Below, one piece after another: positions 63,610 through 64,000 of a stretch of DNA of 64,000 bases. The DNA is from Cenococcum geophilum (Eukaryota). The position numbers and the translations under genes were made by a program. The stretch is taken from contig CP158635.1 of NCBI GenBank assembly GCA_050273025.1, positions 372,001 to 436,000 on the forward strand, read 5' to 3'. The notes below the pieces were generated by a model that was not told the origin of the DNA, did not search any database, and worked only from the letters and a program-made list of their open reading frames with translations. Position 1 is the first letter of the stretch. The number at the start of each line of letters is the position of its first letter.

Positions 63610-64000
63610 TATAACGAAGCCTTATAGGAAATATTACAATTAACTTATTATTAGGCTGGGTATATAGGTATAAAATAGTAAACAATATAAATATAACTAG
63701 TAGAGTAGTTACCTAATAGATTAACTCTAATTATATTCTAAGATTTACTATAAAGAAAAGAACTATTTAGGTAGGGACTATAGTCCTTTAAGTATATAAT
63801 ACTACGCCTAAGAAATATACTAAGTACGCTAGTACGTTAGTATGTTAGTACGTCTACTATATTCCCACATTCCTACGTTCCTACGTTTTTAACTTATAAT
63901 ATAACTAGCTATATAACTTAGCTACCTTTTATCCTATAGCTTAATTAGTCCTAGCGCCTTCTATACTATTCTAACTAACCCATTTATATCTCTCCTTAGT
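63610..64000. mobile_element. Probable LTR of a further retroelement interrupting the Helitron helicase
   Basis: Helicase similarity stops just after Walker A; new sequence starts TATAACG (RIP form of TGTAACG); partner end outside the window. Confidence 0.45.

Noticed and set aside
1..64000. Starship-type giant element
   Set aside because: No tyrosine-recombinase (DUF3435) captain or typical accessory genes recognised in the window

Overview
Filamentous-ascomycete (Pezizomycotina-type) genomic DNA in two compartments. (1) A gene island at ~0.87-18.6 kb with intact reading frames holds a compact four-gene polyketide cluster in two divergent pairs: DUF829/PaxU-like alpha/beta-hydrolase <- -> MFS (DHA2-type) exporter, and FSH1/LovG-like serine hydrolase <- -> highly reducing PKS (KS-AT-DH-cMT-ER-KR-ACP, 11 introns, ~2619 aa, no release domain). 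Small DNA transposons sit behind the 3' end of all four genes. (2) From ~18.8 kb to the end, an AT-rich, RIP-mutated transposon block that can be largely disentangled from LTRs, TIRs and target-site duplications: a hAT derivative carrying a deleted copia element, and a probable canonical Helitron hosting a 36-kb nest (three chromovirus-type Ty3/gypsy elements, a solo LTR, a Helitron2-like element, a Tc1 DD34E element, two Fot1/pogo elements, two copies of one MITE and an unclassified TIR element full of minisatellites). All calls come from reading motifs by eye; no database searches were run, so family names and novelty need confirmation.
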